Of a stretch of DNA of 64,000 bases, positions 1-11,934 are shown piece after piece. Under the pieces are notes generated by a model. It was not told the origin of the DNA, did no database searches, and saw nothing but the letters and a program-made list of their open reading frames with translations. The stretch covers positions 930,001 to 994,000 of the forward strand of contig OZ059894.1 of assembly GCA_964057225.1 (NCBI GenBank). Direction: 5' to 3'. Both the position numbers and the translations under genes were made by a program. Origin of the DNA: Auanema rhodensis (lineage: Eukaryota > Animalia > Nematoda). Every line of letters begins with the position of its first letter. The stretch's first letter is position 1.

Positions 1-83
1 CCGCATCGAATGCACTATACTACTTTGAGGAACGCTTAATACAAAAATTAGTTATGATCGTTTGAAAAATGATGCATTAGTGT

Positions 84-111
84 ATGTTGAGTTTCCATGT
101 ACACTCAACAT
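84..111. other. 9-bp inverted repeat ATGTTGAGT-N10-ACTCAACAT (in essentially every monomer)
   Basis: 84-92 is the exact reverse complement of 103-111. Confidence 0.9.
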
Positions 112-118
112 TGCTTCC

Positions 119-197
119 AAAAACATTTTGACAAAAATTTTTTCAAAAAATTTCAAAATAATTTAGCAAAAAGTAGATGTTTTTAGATTTCTTTTTT
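119..197. other. A/T-tract cluster with central dyad
   Basis: A runs at 119, 133, 145/146, 155, 168; T runs at 126, 138, 180, 192. TTTTTCGAAAAA palindrome (G allele) or AAATTTTTT-C-AAAAAATTT (A allele). Flanking ATTTTGA(125-131)/TCAAAAT(153-159). Confidence 0.8.
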
Positions 198-261
198 CAA
201 GGCAAAGACGATAGACAATGTTATTCAACGAAAAAATTAATTCTTCAGGGTGAAAATCGAG

Positions 262-283
262 GATATAAGTGTGAACTTATATC
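262..283. other. 9-bp perfect hairpin GATATAAGT-GTGA-ACTTATATC (in essentially every monomer)
   Basis: 262-270 is the reverse complement of 275-283, with a 4-nt loop. Confidence 0.9.
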
Positions 284-300
284 AGTTGATATCTCGGTGC

Positions 301-351
301 ATTTTTAAGCTAGCGCAAATCTGATAACACAGATCGACGCAGCTTAAAAAT
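301..351. other. 51-nt imperfect hairpin: 11-bp + 3-bp + 5-bp stems
   Basis: ATTTTTAAGCT(301-311)/AGCTTAAAAAT(341-351); GCG(313-315)/CGC(338-340); ATCTG(319-323)/CAGAT(330-334); loop ATAACA. Confidence 0.85.
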
Positions 352-2457
352 CCGCATCGAATGCACTATATTACAGTAAAAAATCTTCAATACAAAAATT
401 AGTTATGATCGTTTGAAAAATGATGCATTAGTGTATGTTGAGTTTCCATGTACACTCAACATTGCTTCCAAAAACATTTTGACAAAAATTTTTTCAAAAA
501 ATTTCAAAATAATTTAGCAAAAAGTAGATGTTTTTAGATTCCTTTTTTCAAGGCAAAGACGATAGACAATGTTATTCAACGAAAAAATTAATTCTTCAGG
601 GTGAAAATCGAGGATATAAGTGTGAACTTATATCAGTTGATATCTCGGTGCATTTTTAAGCTAGCGCAAATCTGATAACACAGATCGACGCAGCTTAAAA
701 ATCCGCATCGAATGCACTATATTACAGTAAAAAATCTTCAATACAAAAATTAGTTATGATCGTTTGAAAAATGATGCATTAGTGTATGTTGAGTTTCCAT
801 GTACACTCAACATTGCTTCCAAAAACATTTTGACAAAAATTTTTTCGAAAAATTTCAAAATAATTTAGCAAAAAGTAGATGTTTTAAGATTCCTTTTTTC
901 AAGGCAAACACGATGGACAATGTTTTTCAACGAAAAAATTAGTTCTTCAGGGTGAAAATCGAGGATATAAGTGTGAACTTATATCAGTTGATATCTCGGT
1001 GCATTTTTAAGCTAGCGCAAATCTGATAACACAGATCGACGCAGCTTAAAAATCCGCATCGAATGCACTATACTACTTTGAGAAACGCTTAATATAAAAA
1101 TTAGTTATGATCGTTTGAAAAATGATGCATTAGTGTATGTTGAGTTTCCATGTACACTCAACATTGCTTCCAAAAACATTTTGACAAAAATTTTTTCGAA
1201 AAATTTCAAAATAATTTAGCAAAAAGTAGATGTTTTTAGATTCCTTTTTCTAACGCAAAGACGATGGACAATGTTATTCAACGTAAAAATTAATTCTTCA
1301 GGGTGAAAATCGAGGATATAAGTGTGAACTTATATCAGTTGATATCTCGGTGCATTTTTAAGCTAGCGCAAATCTGATAACACAGATCGACGCAGCTTAA
1401 AAATCCGCATCGAATGCACTATATTACAGTAAAAAATCTTCAATACAAAAATTAGTTATGATCGTTTGAAAAATGATGCATTAGTGTATGTTGAGTTTCC
1501 ATGTACACTCAACATTGCTTCCAAAAACATTTTGACAAAAATTTTTTCGAAAAATTTCAAAATAATTTAGCAAAAAGTAGATGTTTTAAGATTCCTTTTT
1601 TCAAGGCAAACACGATGGACAATGTTTTTCAACGAAAAAATTAGTTCTTCAGGGTGAAAATCGAGGATATAAGTGTGAACTTATATCAGTTGATATCTCG
1701 GTGCATTTTTAAGCTAGCGCAAATCTGATAACACAGATCGACGCAGCTTAAAAATCCGCATCGAATGCACTATACTACTTTGAGAAACGCTTAATATAAA
1801 AATTAGTTATGATCGTTTGAAAAATGATGCATTAGTGTATGTTGAGTTTCCATGTACACTCAACATTGCTTCCAAAAACATTTTAACAAAAATTTTTTCG
1901 AAAAATTTCAAAATAATTTAGCAAAAAGTAGATGTTTTTAGATTCCTTTTTCTAACGCAAAGACGATGGACAATGTTATTCAACGTAAAAATTAATTCTT
2001 CAGGGTGAAAATCGAGGATATAAGTGTGAACTTATATCAGTTGATATCTCGGTGCATTTTTAAGCTAGCGCAAATCTGATAACACAGATCGACGCAGCTT
2101 AAAAATCCGCATCGAATGCACTATACTACATTGAGAAACGCTTAATACAAAAATTAGTTATGATCGTTTGAAAAATGATGCATTAGTGTATGTTGAGTTT
2201 CCATGTACACTCAACATTGCTTCCAAAAACATTTTGACAAAAATTTTTTCGAAAAATTTCAAAATAATTTAGCAAAACGTAGATGTTTTTAGATTCCTTT
2301 TTTCAAGGCAAACACGATGGACAATGTTTTTCAACGAAAAAATTAGTTCTTCAGGGTGAAAATCGAGGATATAAGTGTGAACTTATATCAGTTGATATCT
2401 CGGTGCATTTTTAAGCTAGCGCAAATCTGATAACACAGATCGACGCAGCTTAAAAAT

Positions 2458-5400
2458 CCGCATCGAATGCACTATACTACTTTGAGAAACGCTTAATACA
2501 AAAATTAGTTATGATCGTTTGAAAAATGATGCATTAGTGTATGTTGAGTTTCCATGTACACTCAACATTGCTTCCAAAAACATTTTGACAAAAATTTTTT
2601 CGAAAAATTTCAAAATAATTTAGCAAAAAGTAGATGTTATAAGATTCCTTTTTTCAAGGCAAACACGATGGACATTGTTTTTCAACGAAAAAATTAGTTC
2701 TTCAGGGTGAAAATCGAGGATATAAGTGTGAACTTATATCAGTTGATATCTCGGTGCATTTTTAAGCTAGCGCAAATCTGATAACACAGATCGACGCAGC
2801 TTAAAAATCCGCATCGAATGCACTATACTACTTTGAGAAACGCTTAATACAAAAATTAGTTATGATCGTTTGAAAAATGATGCATTAGTGTATGTTGAGT
2901 TTCCATGTACACTCAACATTGCTTCCAAAAACATTTTGACAAAAATTTTTTCGAAAAATTTCAAAATAATTTAGCAAAAAGTAGATGTTATAAGATTCCT
3001 TTTTTCAAGGCAAACACGATGGACAATGTTTTTCAACGAAAAAATTAGTTCTTCAGGGTGAAAATCGAGGATATAAGTGTGAACTTATATCAGTTGATAT
3101 CTCGGTGCATTTTTAAGCTAGCGCAAATCTGATAACACAGATCGACGCAGCTTAAAAATCCGCATCGAATGCACTATACTACTTTGAGAAACGCTTAATA
3201 TAAAAATTAGTTATGATCGTTTGAAAAATGATGCATTAGTGTATGTTGAGTTTCCATGTACACTCAACATTGCTTCCAAAAACATTTTGACAAAAATTTT
3301 TTCGAAAAATTTCAAAATAATTTAGCAAAAAGTAGATGTTTTTAGATTCCTTTTTCTAACGCAAAGACGATGGACGATGTTATTCAACGAAAAAATTAAT
3401 TCTTCAGGGTGAAAATCGAGGATATAAGTGTGAACTTATATCAGTTGATATCTCGGTGCATTTTTAAGCTAGCGCAAATCTGATAACACAGATCGATGCA
3501 GCTTAAAAATCCGCATCGAATGCACTATACTACTTTGAGAAACGCTTAATACAAAAATTAGTTATGATCGTTTGAAAAATGATGCATTAGTGTATGTTGA
3601 GTTTCCATGTACACTCAACATTGCTTCCAAAAACATTTTGACAAAAATTTTTTCGAAAAATTTCAAAATAATTTAGCAAAAAGTAGATGTTATAAGATTT
3701 CTTTTTTCAAGGCAAACACGATGGACAATGTTTTTCAACGAAAAAATTAGTTCTTCAGGGTGAAAATCGAGGATATAAGTGTGAACTTATATCAGTTGAT
3801 ATCTCGGTGCATTTTTAAGCTAGCGCAAATCTGATAACACAGATCGACGCAGCTTAAAAATCCGCATCTAATGCACTATACTACTTTGAGAAACGCTTAA
3901 TATAAAAATTAGTTATGATCGTTTGAAAAATGATGCATTAGTGTATGTTGAGTTTCCATGTACACTCAACATTGCTTCCAAAAACATTTTGACAAAAATT
4001 TTTTCGAAAAATTTCAAGATAATTTAGCAGAAAGTAGATGTTTTTAGATTCCTTTTTCTAACGCAAAGACGATGGACAATGTTATTCAACGAAAAAATTA
4101 ATTCTTCAGGGTGAAAATCGAGGATATAAGTGTGAACTTATATCAGTTGATATCTCGGTGCATTTTTAAGCTAGCGCAAATCTGATAACACAGATCGATG
4201 CAGCTTAAAAATCCGCATCGAATGCACTATACTACTTTGAGAAACGCTTAATACAAAAATTAGTTATGATCGTTTGAAAAATGATGCATTAGTGTATGTT
4301 GAGTTTCCATGTACACTCAACATTGCTTCCAAAAACATTTTGACAAAAATTTTTTCAAAAAATTTCAAAATAATTTAGCGAAAAGTAGATGTTTTTAGAT
4401 TCCTTTTTTCAAGGCAAAGACGATAGACAATGTTATTCAACGAAAAAATTAATTCTTCAGGGTGAAAATCGAGGATATAAGTGTGAACTTATATCAGTTG
4501 ATATCTCGGTGCATTTTTAAGCTAGCGCAAATCTGATAACACAGATCGACGCAGCTTAAAAATCCGCATCGAATGCACTATATTACAGTAAAAAATCTTC
4601 AATACAAAAATTAGTTATGATCGTTTGAAAAATGATGCATTAGTGTATGTTGAGTTTCCATGTACACTCAACATTGCTTCCAAAAACATTTTGACAAAAA
4701 TTTTTTCGAAAAATTTCAAAATAATTTAGCAAAAAGTAGATGTTTTAAGATTCCTTTTTTCAAGGCAAACACGATGGACAATGTTTTTCAACGAAAAAAT
4801 TAGTTCTTCAGGGTGAAAATCGAGGATATAAGTGTGAACTTATATCAGTTGATATCTCGGTGCATTTTTAAGCTAGCGCAAATCTGATAACACAGATCGA
4901 CGCAGCTTAAAAATCCGCATCGAATGCACTATACTACTTTGAGAAACGCTTAATATAAAAATTAGTTATGATCGTTTGAAAAATGATGCATTAGTGTATG
5001 TTGAGTTTCCATGTACACTCAACATTGCTTCCAAAAACATTTTGACAAAAATTTTTTCGAAAAATTTCAAAATAATTTAGCAAAAAGTAGATGTTTTTAG
5101 ATTCCTTTTTCTAACGCAAAGACGATGGACAATGTTATTCAACGAAAAAATTAATTCTTCAGGGTGAAAATCGAGGATATAAGTGTGAACTTATATCAGT
5201 TGATATCTCGGTGCATTTTTAAGCTAGCGCAAATCTGATAACACAGATCGACGCAGCTTAAAAATCCGCATCGAATGCACTATACTACTTTGAGAAACGC
5301 TTAATACAAAAATTAGTTATGATCGTTTGAAAAATGATGCATTAGTGTATGTTGAGTTTCCATGTACACTCAACATTGCTTCCAAAAACATTTTGACAAA

Positions 5401-7722
5401 AATTTTTTCGAAAAATTTCAAAATAATTTAGCAAAAAGTAGATGTTATAAGATTCCTTTTTTCAAGGCAAACACGATGGACATTGTTTTTCAACGAAAAA
5501 ATTAGTTCTTCAGGGTGAAAATCGAGGATATAAGTGTGAACTTATATCAGTTGATATCTCGGTGCATTTTTAAGCTAGCGCAAATCTGATAACACAGATC
5601 GACGCAGCTTAAAAATCCGCATCGAATGCACTATACTACTTTGAGAAACGCTTAATACAAAAATTAGTTATGATCGTTTGAAAAATGATGCATTAGTGTA
5701 TGTTGAGTTTCCATGTACACTCAACATTGCTTCCAAAAACATTTTGACAAAAATTTTTTCGAAAAATTTCAAAATAATTTAGCAAAAAGTAGATGTTATA
5801 AGATTCCTTTTTTCAAGGCAAACACGATGGACAATGTTTTTCAACGAAAAAATTAGTTCTTCAGGGTGAAAATCGAGGATATAAGTGTGAACTTATATCA
5901 GTTGATATCTCGGTGCATTTTTAAGCTAGCGCAAATCTGATAACACAGATCGACGCAGCTTAAAAATCCGCATCGAATGCATTATACTACTTTGAGAAAC
6001 GCTTAATATAAAAATTAGTTATGATCGTTTGAAAAATGATGCATTAGTGTATGTTGAGTTTCCATGTACACTCAACATTGCTTCCAAAAACATTTTGACA
6101 AAAATTTTTTCGAAAAATTTCAAAATAATTTAGCAAAAAGTAGATGTTTTTAGATTCCTTTTTCTAACGCAAAGACGATGGACGATGTTATTCAACGAAA
6201 AAATTAATTCTTCAGGGTGAAAATCGAGGATATAAGTGTGAACTTATATCAGTTGATATCTCGGTGCATTTTTAAGCTAGCGCAAATCTGATAACACAGA
6301 TCGATGCAGCTTAAAAATCCGCATCGAATGCACTATACTACTTTGAGAAACGCTTAATACAAAAATTAGTTATGATCGTTTGAAAAATGATGCATTAGTG
6401 TATGTTGAGTTTCCATGTACACTCAACATTGCTTCCAAAAACATTTTGACAAAAATTTTTTCGAAAAATTTCAAAATAATTTAGCAAAAAGTAGATGTTA
6501 TAAGATTTCTTTTTTCAAGGCAAACACGATGGACAATGTTTTTCAACGAAAAAATTAGTTCTTCAGGGTGAAAATCGAGGATATAAGTGTGAACTTATAT
6601 CAGTTGATATCTCGGTGCATTTTTAAGCTAGCGCAAATCTGATAACACAGATCGACGCAGCTTAAAAATCCGCATCTAATGCACTATACTACTTTGAGAA
6701 ACGCTTAATATAAAAATTAGTTATGATCGTTTGAAAAATGATGCATTAGTGTATGTTGAGTTTCCATGTACACTCAACATTGCTTCCAAAAACATTTTGA
6801 CAAAAATTTTTTCGAAAAATTTCAAGATAATTTAGCAGAAAGTAGATGTTTTTAGATTCCTTTTTCTAACGCAAAGACGATGGACAATGTTATTCAACGA
6901 AAAAATTAATTCTTCAGGGTGAAAATCGAGGATATAAGTGTGAACTTATATCAGTTGATATCTCGGTGCATTTTTAAGCTAGCGCAAATCTGATAACACA
7001 GATCGATGCAGCTTAAAAATCCGCATCGAATGCACTATACTACTTTGAGAAACGCTCAATACAAAAATTAGTTATGATCGTTTGAAAAATGATGCATTAG
7101 TGTATGTTGAGTTTCCATGTACACTCAACATTGCTTCCAAAAACATTTTGACAAAAATTTTTTCAAAAAATTTCAAAATAATTTAGCGAAAAGTAGATGT
7201 TTTTAGATTCCTTTTTTCAAGGCAAAGACGATAGACAATGTTATTCAACGAAAAAATTAATTCTTCAGGGTGAAAATCGAGGATATAAGTGTGAACTTAT
7301 ATCAGTTGATATCTCGGTGCATTTTTAAGCTAGCGCAAATCTGATAACACAGATCGACGCAGCTTAAAAATCCGCATCGAATGCACTATATTACAGTAAA
7401 AAATCTTCAATACAAAAATTAGTTATGATCGTTTGAAAAATGATGCATTAGTGTATGTTGAGTTTCCATGTACACTCAACATTGCTTCCAAAAACATTTT
7501 GACAAAAATTTTTTCGAAAAATTTCAAAATAATTTAGCAAAAAGTAGATGTTTTAAGATTCCTTTTTTCAAGGCAAACACGATGGACAATGTTTTTCAAC
7601 GAAAAAATTAGTTCTTCAGGGTGAAAATCGAGGATATAAGTGTGAACTTATATCAGTTGATATCTCGGTGCATTTTTAAGCTAGCGCAAATCTGATAACA
7701 CAGATCGACGCAGCTTAAAAAT
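2458..7722. repeat. Local duplication, period 8 monomers (2808 bp): M8-M14 ~ M16-M22
   Basis: The same ordered variants (GACATTG, GGACGATG, TATAAGATTT, CATCTAA+CAAGAT+GCAGAA, AGCGAAAA, TTACAGTAAA) recur at +2808. Confidence 0.85.
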
Positions 7723-8073
7723 CCGCATCGAATGCACTATACTACATTGAGAAACGCTTAATACAAAAATTAGTTATGATCGTTTGAAAAATGATGCATT
7801 AGTGTATGTTGAGTTTCCATGTACACTCAACATTGCTTCCAAAAACATTTTGACAAAAATTTTTTCGAAAAATTTCAAAATAATTTAGCAAAAAGTAGAT
7901 GTTTTTAGATTCCTTTTTCTAACGCAAAGACGATGGACGATGTTATTCAACGAAAAAATTAATTCTTCAGGGTGAAAATCGAGGATATAAGTGTGAACTT
8001 ATATCAGTTGATATCTCGGTGCATTTTTAAGCTAGCGCAAATCTGATAACACAGATCGATGCAGCTTAAAAAT

Positions 8074-10179
8074 CCGCATCGAATGCACTATACTACTTTG
8101 AGAAACGCTTAATACAAAAATTAGTTATGATCGTTTGAAAAATGATGCATTAGTGTATGTTGAGTTTCCATGTACACTCAACATTGCTTCCAAAAACATT
8201 TTGACAAAAATTTTTTCAAAAAATTTCAAAATAATTTAGCAAAAAGTAGATGTTTTTAAATTCCTTTTTTCAAGGCAAAGACGATAGACAATGTTATTCA
8301 ACGAAAAAATTAATTCTTCAGGGTGAAAATCGAGGATATAAGTGTGAACTTATATCAGTTGATATCTCGGTGCATTTTTAAGCTAGCGCAAATCTGATAA
8401 CACAGATCGACGCAGCTTAAAAATCCGCATCGAATGCACTATACTACTTTGAAAAACGCTTAATACAAAAATTAGTTATGATCGTTTGAAAAATGATGCA
8501 TTAGTGTATGTTGAGTTTCCATGTACACTCAACATTGCTTCCAAAAACATTTTGACAAAAATTTTTTCGAAAAATTTCAAAATAATTTAGCAAAAAGTAG
8601 ATGTTTTAAGATTCCTTTTTTCAAGGCAAACACGATGGACAATGTTTTTCAACGAAAAAATTAGTTCTTCAGGGTGAAAATCGAGGATATAAGTGTGAAC
8701 TTATATCAGTTGATATCTCGGTGCATTTTTAAGCTAGCGCAAATCTGATAACACAGATCGACGCAGCTTAAAAATCCGCATCGAATGCACTATATTACAG
8801 TAAAAAATCTTCAATACAAAAATTAGTTATGATCGTTTGAAAAATGATGCATTAGTGTATGTTGAGTTTCCATGTACACTCAACATTGCTTCCAAAAACA
8901 TTTTGACAAAAATTTTTTCAAAAAATTTCAAAATAATTTAGCAAAAAGTAGATGTTTTTAGATTCCTTTTTTCAAGGCAAAGACGATAGACAATGTTATT
9001 CAACGAAAAAATTAATTCTTCAGGGTGAAAATCGAGGATATAAGTGTGAACTTATATCAGTTGATATCTCGGTGCATTTTTAAGCTAGCGCAAATCTGAT
9101 AACACAGATCGACGCAGCTTAAAAATCCGCATCGAATGCACTATACTACTTTGAGAAACGCTTAATACAAAAATTAGTTATGATCGTTTGAAAAATGATG
9201 CATTAGTGTATGTTGAGTTTCCATGTACACTCAACATTGCTTCCAAAAACATTTTGACAAAAATTTTTTCAAAAAATTTCAAAATAATTTAGCAAAAAGT
9301 AGATGTTTTTAAATTCCTTTTTTCAAGGCAAAGACGATAGACAATGTTATTCAACGAAAAAATTAATTCTTCAGGGTGAAAATCGAGGATATAAGTGTGA
9401 ACTTATATCAGTTGATATCTCGGTGCATTTTTAAGCTAGCGCAAATCTGATAACACAGATCGACGCAGCTTAAAAATCCGCATCGAATGCACTATACTAC
9501 TTTGAAAAACGCTTAATACAAAAATTAGTTATGATCGTTTGAAAAATGATGCATTAGTGTATGTTGAGTTTCCATGTACACTCAACATTGCTTCCAAAAA
9601 CATTTTGACAAAAATTTTTTCGAAAAATTTCAAAATAATTTAGCAAAAAGTAGATGTTTTAAGATTCCTTTTTTCAAGGCAAACACGATGGACAATGTTT
9701 TTCAACGAAAAAATTAGTTCTTCAGGGTGAAAATCGAGGATATAAGTGTGAACTTATATCAGTTGATATCTCGGTGCATTTTTAAGCTAGCGCAAATCTG
9801 ATAACACAGATCGACGCAGCTTAAAAATCCGCATCGAATGCACTATATTACAGTAAAAAATCTTCAATACAAAAATTAGTTATGATCGTTTGAAAAATGA
9901 TGCATTAGTGTATGTTGAGTTTCCATGTACACTCAACATTGCTTCCAAAAACATTTTGACAAAAATTTTTTCAAAAAATTTCAAAATAATTTAGCAAAAA
10001 GTAGATGTTTTTAGATTCCTTTTTTCAAGGCAAAGACGATAGACAATGTTATTCAACGAAAAAATTAATTCTTCAGGGTGAAAATCGAGGATATAAGTGT
10101 GAACTTATATCAGTTGATATCTCGGTGCATTTTTAAGCTAGCGCAAATCTGATAACACAGATCGACGCAGCTTAAAAAT
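8074..10179. repeat. Tandem 3-mer duplication (1053 bp x2): M24-26 = M27-29
   Basis: TTTTTAAATTCC, TTTGAAAAACGC and TTACAGTAAA monomers repeat in order at +1053. Confidence 0.85.
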
Positions 10180-11934
10180 CCGCATCGAATGCACTATATT
10201 ACAGTAAAAAATCTTCAATACAAAAATTAGTTATGATCGTTTGAAAAATGATGCATTAGTGTATGTTGAGTTTCCATGTACACTCAACATTGCTTCCAAA
10301 AACATTTTGACAAAAATTTTTTCGAAAAATTTCAAAATAATTTAGCAAAAAGTAGATGTTTTAAGATTCCTTTTTTCAAGGCAAACACGATGGACAATGT
10401 TTTTCAACGAAAAAATTAGTTCTTCAGGGTGAAAATCGAGGATATAAGTGTGAACTTATATCAGTTGATATCTCGGTGCATTTTTAAGCTAGCGCAAATC
10501 TGATAACACAGATCGACGCAGCTTAAAAATCCGCATCGAATGCACTATACTACTTTGAGAAACGCTTAATATAAAAATTAGTTATGATCGTTTGAAAAAT
10601 GATGCATTAGTGTATGTTGAGTTTCCATGTACACTCAACATTGCTTCCAAAAACATTTTAACAAAAATTTTTTCGAAAAATTTCAAAATAATTTAGCAAA
10701 AAGTAGATGTTTTTAGATTCCTTTTTCTAACGCAAAGACGATGGACAATGTTATTCAACGAAAAAATTAATTCTTCAGGGTGAAAATCGAGGATATAAGT
10801 GTGAACTTATATCAGTTGATATCTCGGTGCATTTTTAAGCTAGCGCAAATCTGATAACACAGATCGACGCAGCTTAAAAATCCGCATCGAATGCACTATA
10901 CTACTTTGAGAAACGCTTAATATAAAAATTAGTTATGATCGTTTGAAAAATGATGCATTAGTGTATGTTGAGTTTCCATGTACACTCAACATTGCTTCCA
11001 AAAACATTTTGACAAAAATTTTTTCAAAAAATTTCAAAATAATTTAGCAAAAAGTAGATGTTTTTAGATTCCTTTTTTCAAGGCAAAGACGATAGACAAT
11101 GTTATTCAACGAAAAAATTAATTCTTCAGGGTGAAAATCGAGGATATAAGTGTGAACTTATATCAGTTGATATCTCGGTGCATTTTTAAGCTAGCGCAAA
11201 TCTGATAACACAGATCGACGCAGCTTAAAAATCCGCATCGAATGCACTATATTACAGTAAAAAATCTTCAATACAAAAATTAGTTATGATCGTTTGAAAA
11301 ATGATGCATTAGTGTATGTTGAGTTTCCATGTACACTCAACATTGCTTCCAAAAACATTTTGACAAAAATTTTTTCGAAAAATTTCAAAATAATTTAGCA
11401 AAAAGTAGATGTTTTAAGATTCCTTTTTTCAAGGCAAACACGATGGACAATGTTTTTCAACGAAAAAATTAGTTCTTCAGGGTGAAAATCGAGGATATAA
11501 GTGTGAACTTATATCAGTTGATATCTCGGTGCATTTTTAAGCTAGCGCAAATCTGATAACACAGATCGACGCAGCTTAAAAATCCGCATCGAATGCACTA
11601 TACTACTTTGAGAAACGCTTAATATAAAAATTAGTTATGATCGTTTGAAAAATGATGCATTAGTGTATGTTGAGTTTCCATGTACACTCAACATTGCTTC
11701 CAAAAACATTTTAACAAAAATTTTTTCGAAAAATTTCAAAATAATTTAGCAAAAAGTAGATGTTTTTAGATTCCTTTTTCTAACGCAAAGACGATGGACA
11801 ATGTTATTCAACGAAAAAATTAGTTCTTCAGGGTGAAAATCGAGGATATAAGTGTGAACTTATATCAGTTGATATCTCGGTGCATTTTTAAGCTAGCGCA
11901 AATCTGATAACACAGATCGACGCAGCTTAAAAAT

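Larger units (their letters stand above)
1..351. repeat. Reference monomer (351 bp, ~69% AT)
   Basis: Hand count of a consensus monomer gives about 53 C + 56 G in 351 bp. Variable blocks at pos ~20-43 and ~145-240; near-invariant blocks at ~44-129 and ~241-351/1-19. Confidence 0.97.

Noticed and set aside
119-197. Helically phased A-tract bend
   Set aside because: Tract starts are spaced ~9-14 bp rather than a clean 10.5 bp. Curvature is plausible but cannot be claimed without modelling or a gel-mobility assay.
262-283. TATA box (TATAAG) or intrinsic terminator
   Set aside because: Expected by chance in 69% AT DNA; no associated gene and no U-tract after the stem.
1-351. Tandem tRNA, 5S rRNA or snRNA gene array
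   Set aside because: No cloverleaf, no GTTCRA T-loop/B-box context and no recognisable 5S or snRNA sequence on either strand.
321-360. Plus-strand hammerhead core at CTGATAA
   Set aside because: The core needs CUGANGA and a downstream GAAA; here it is CUGAUAA with no correctly placed GAAA.
843-860. CENP-B box at TTCGAAAAATTTC
   Set aside because: It has TTCG but lacks the required CGGG; no NTTCGNNNNANNCGGGN seen on either strand.
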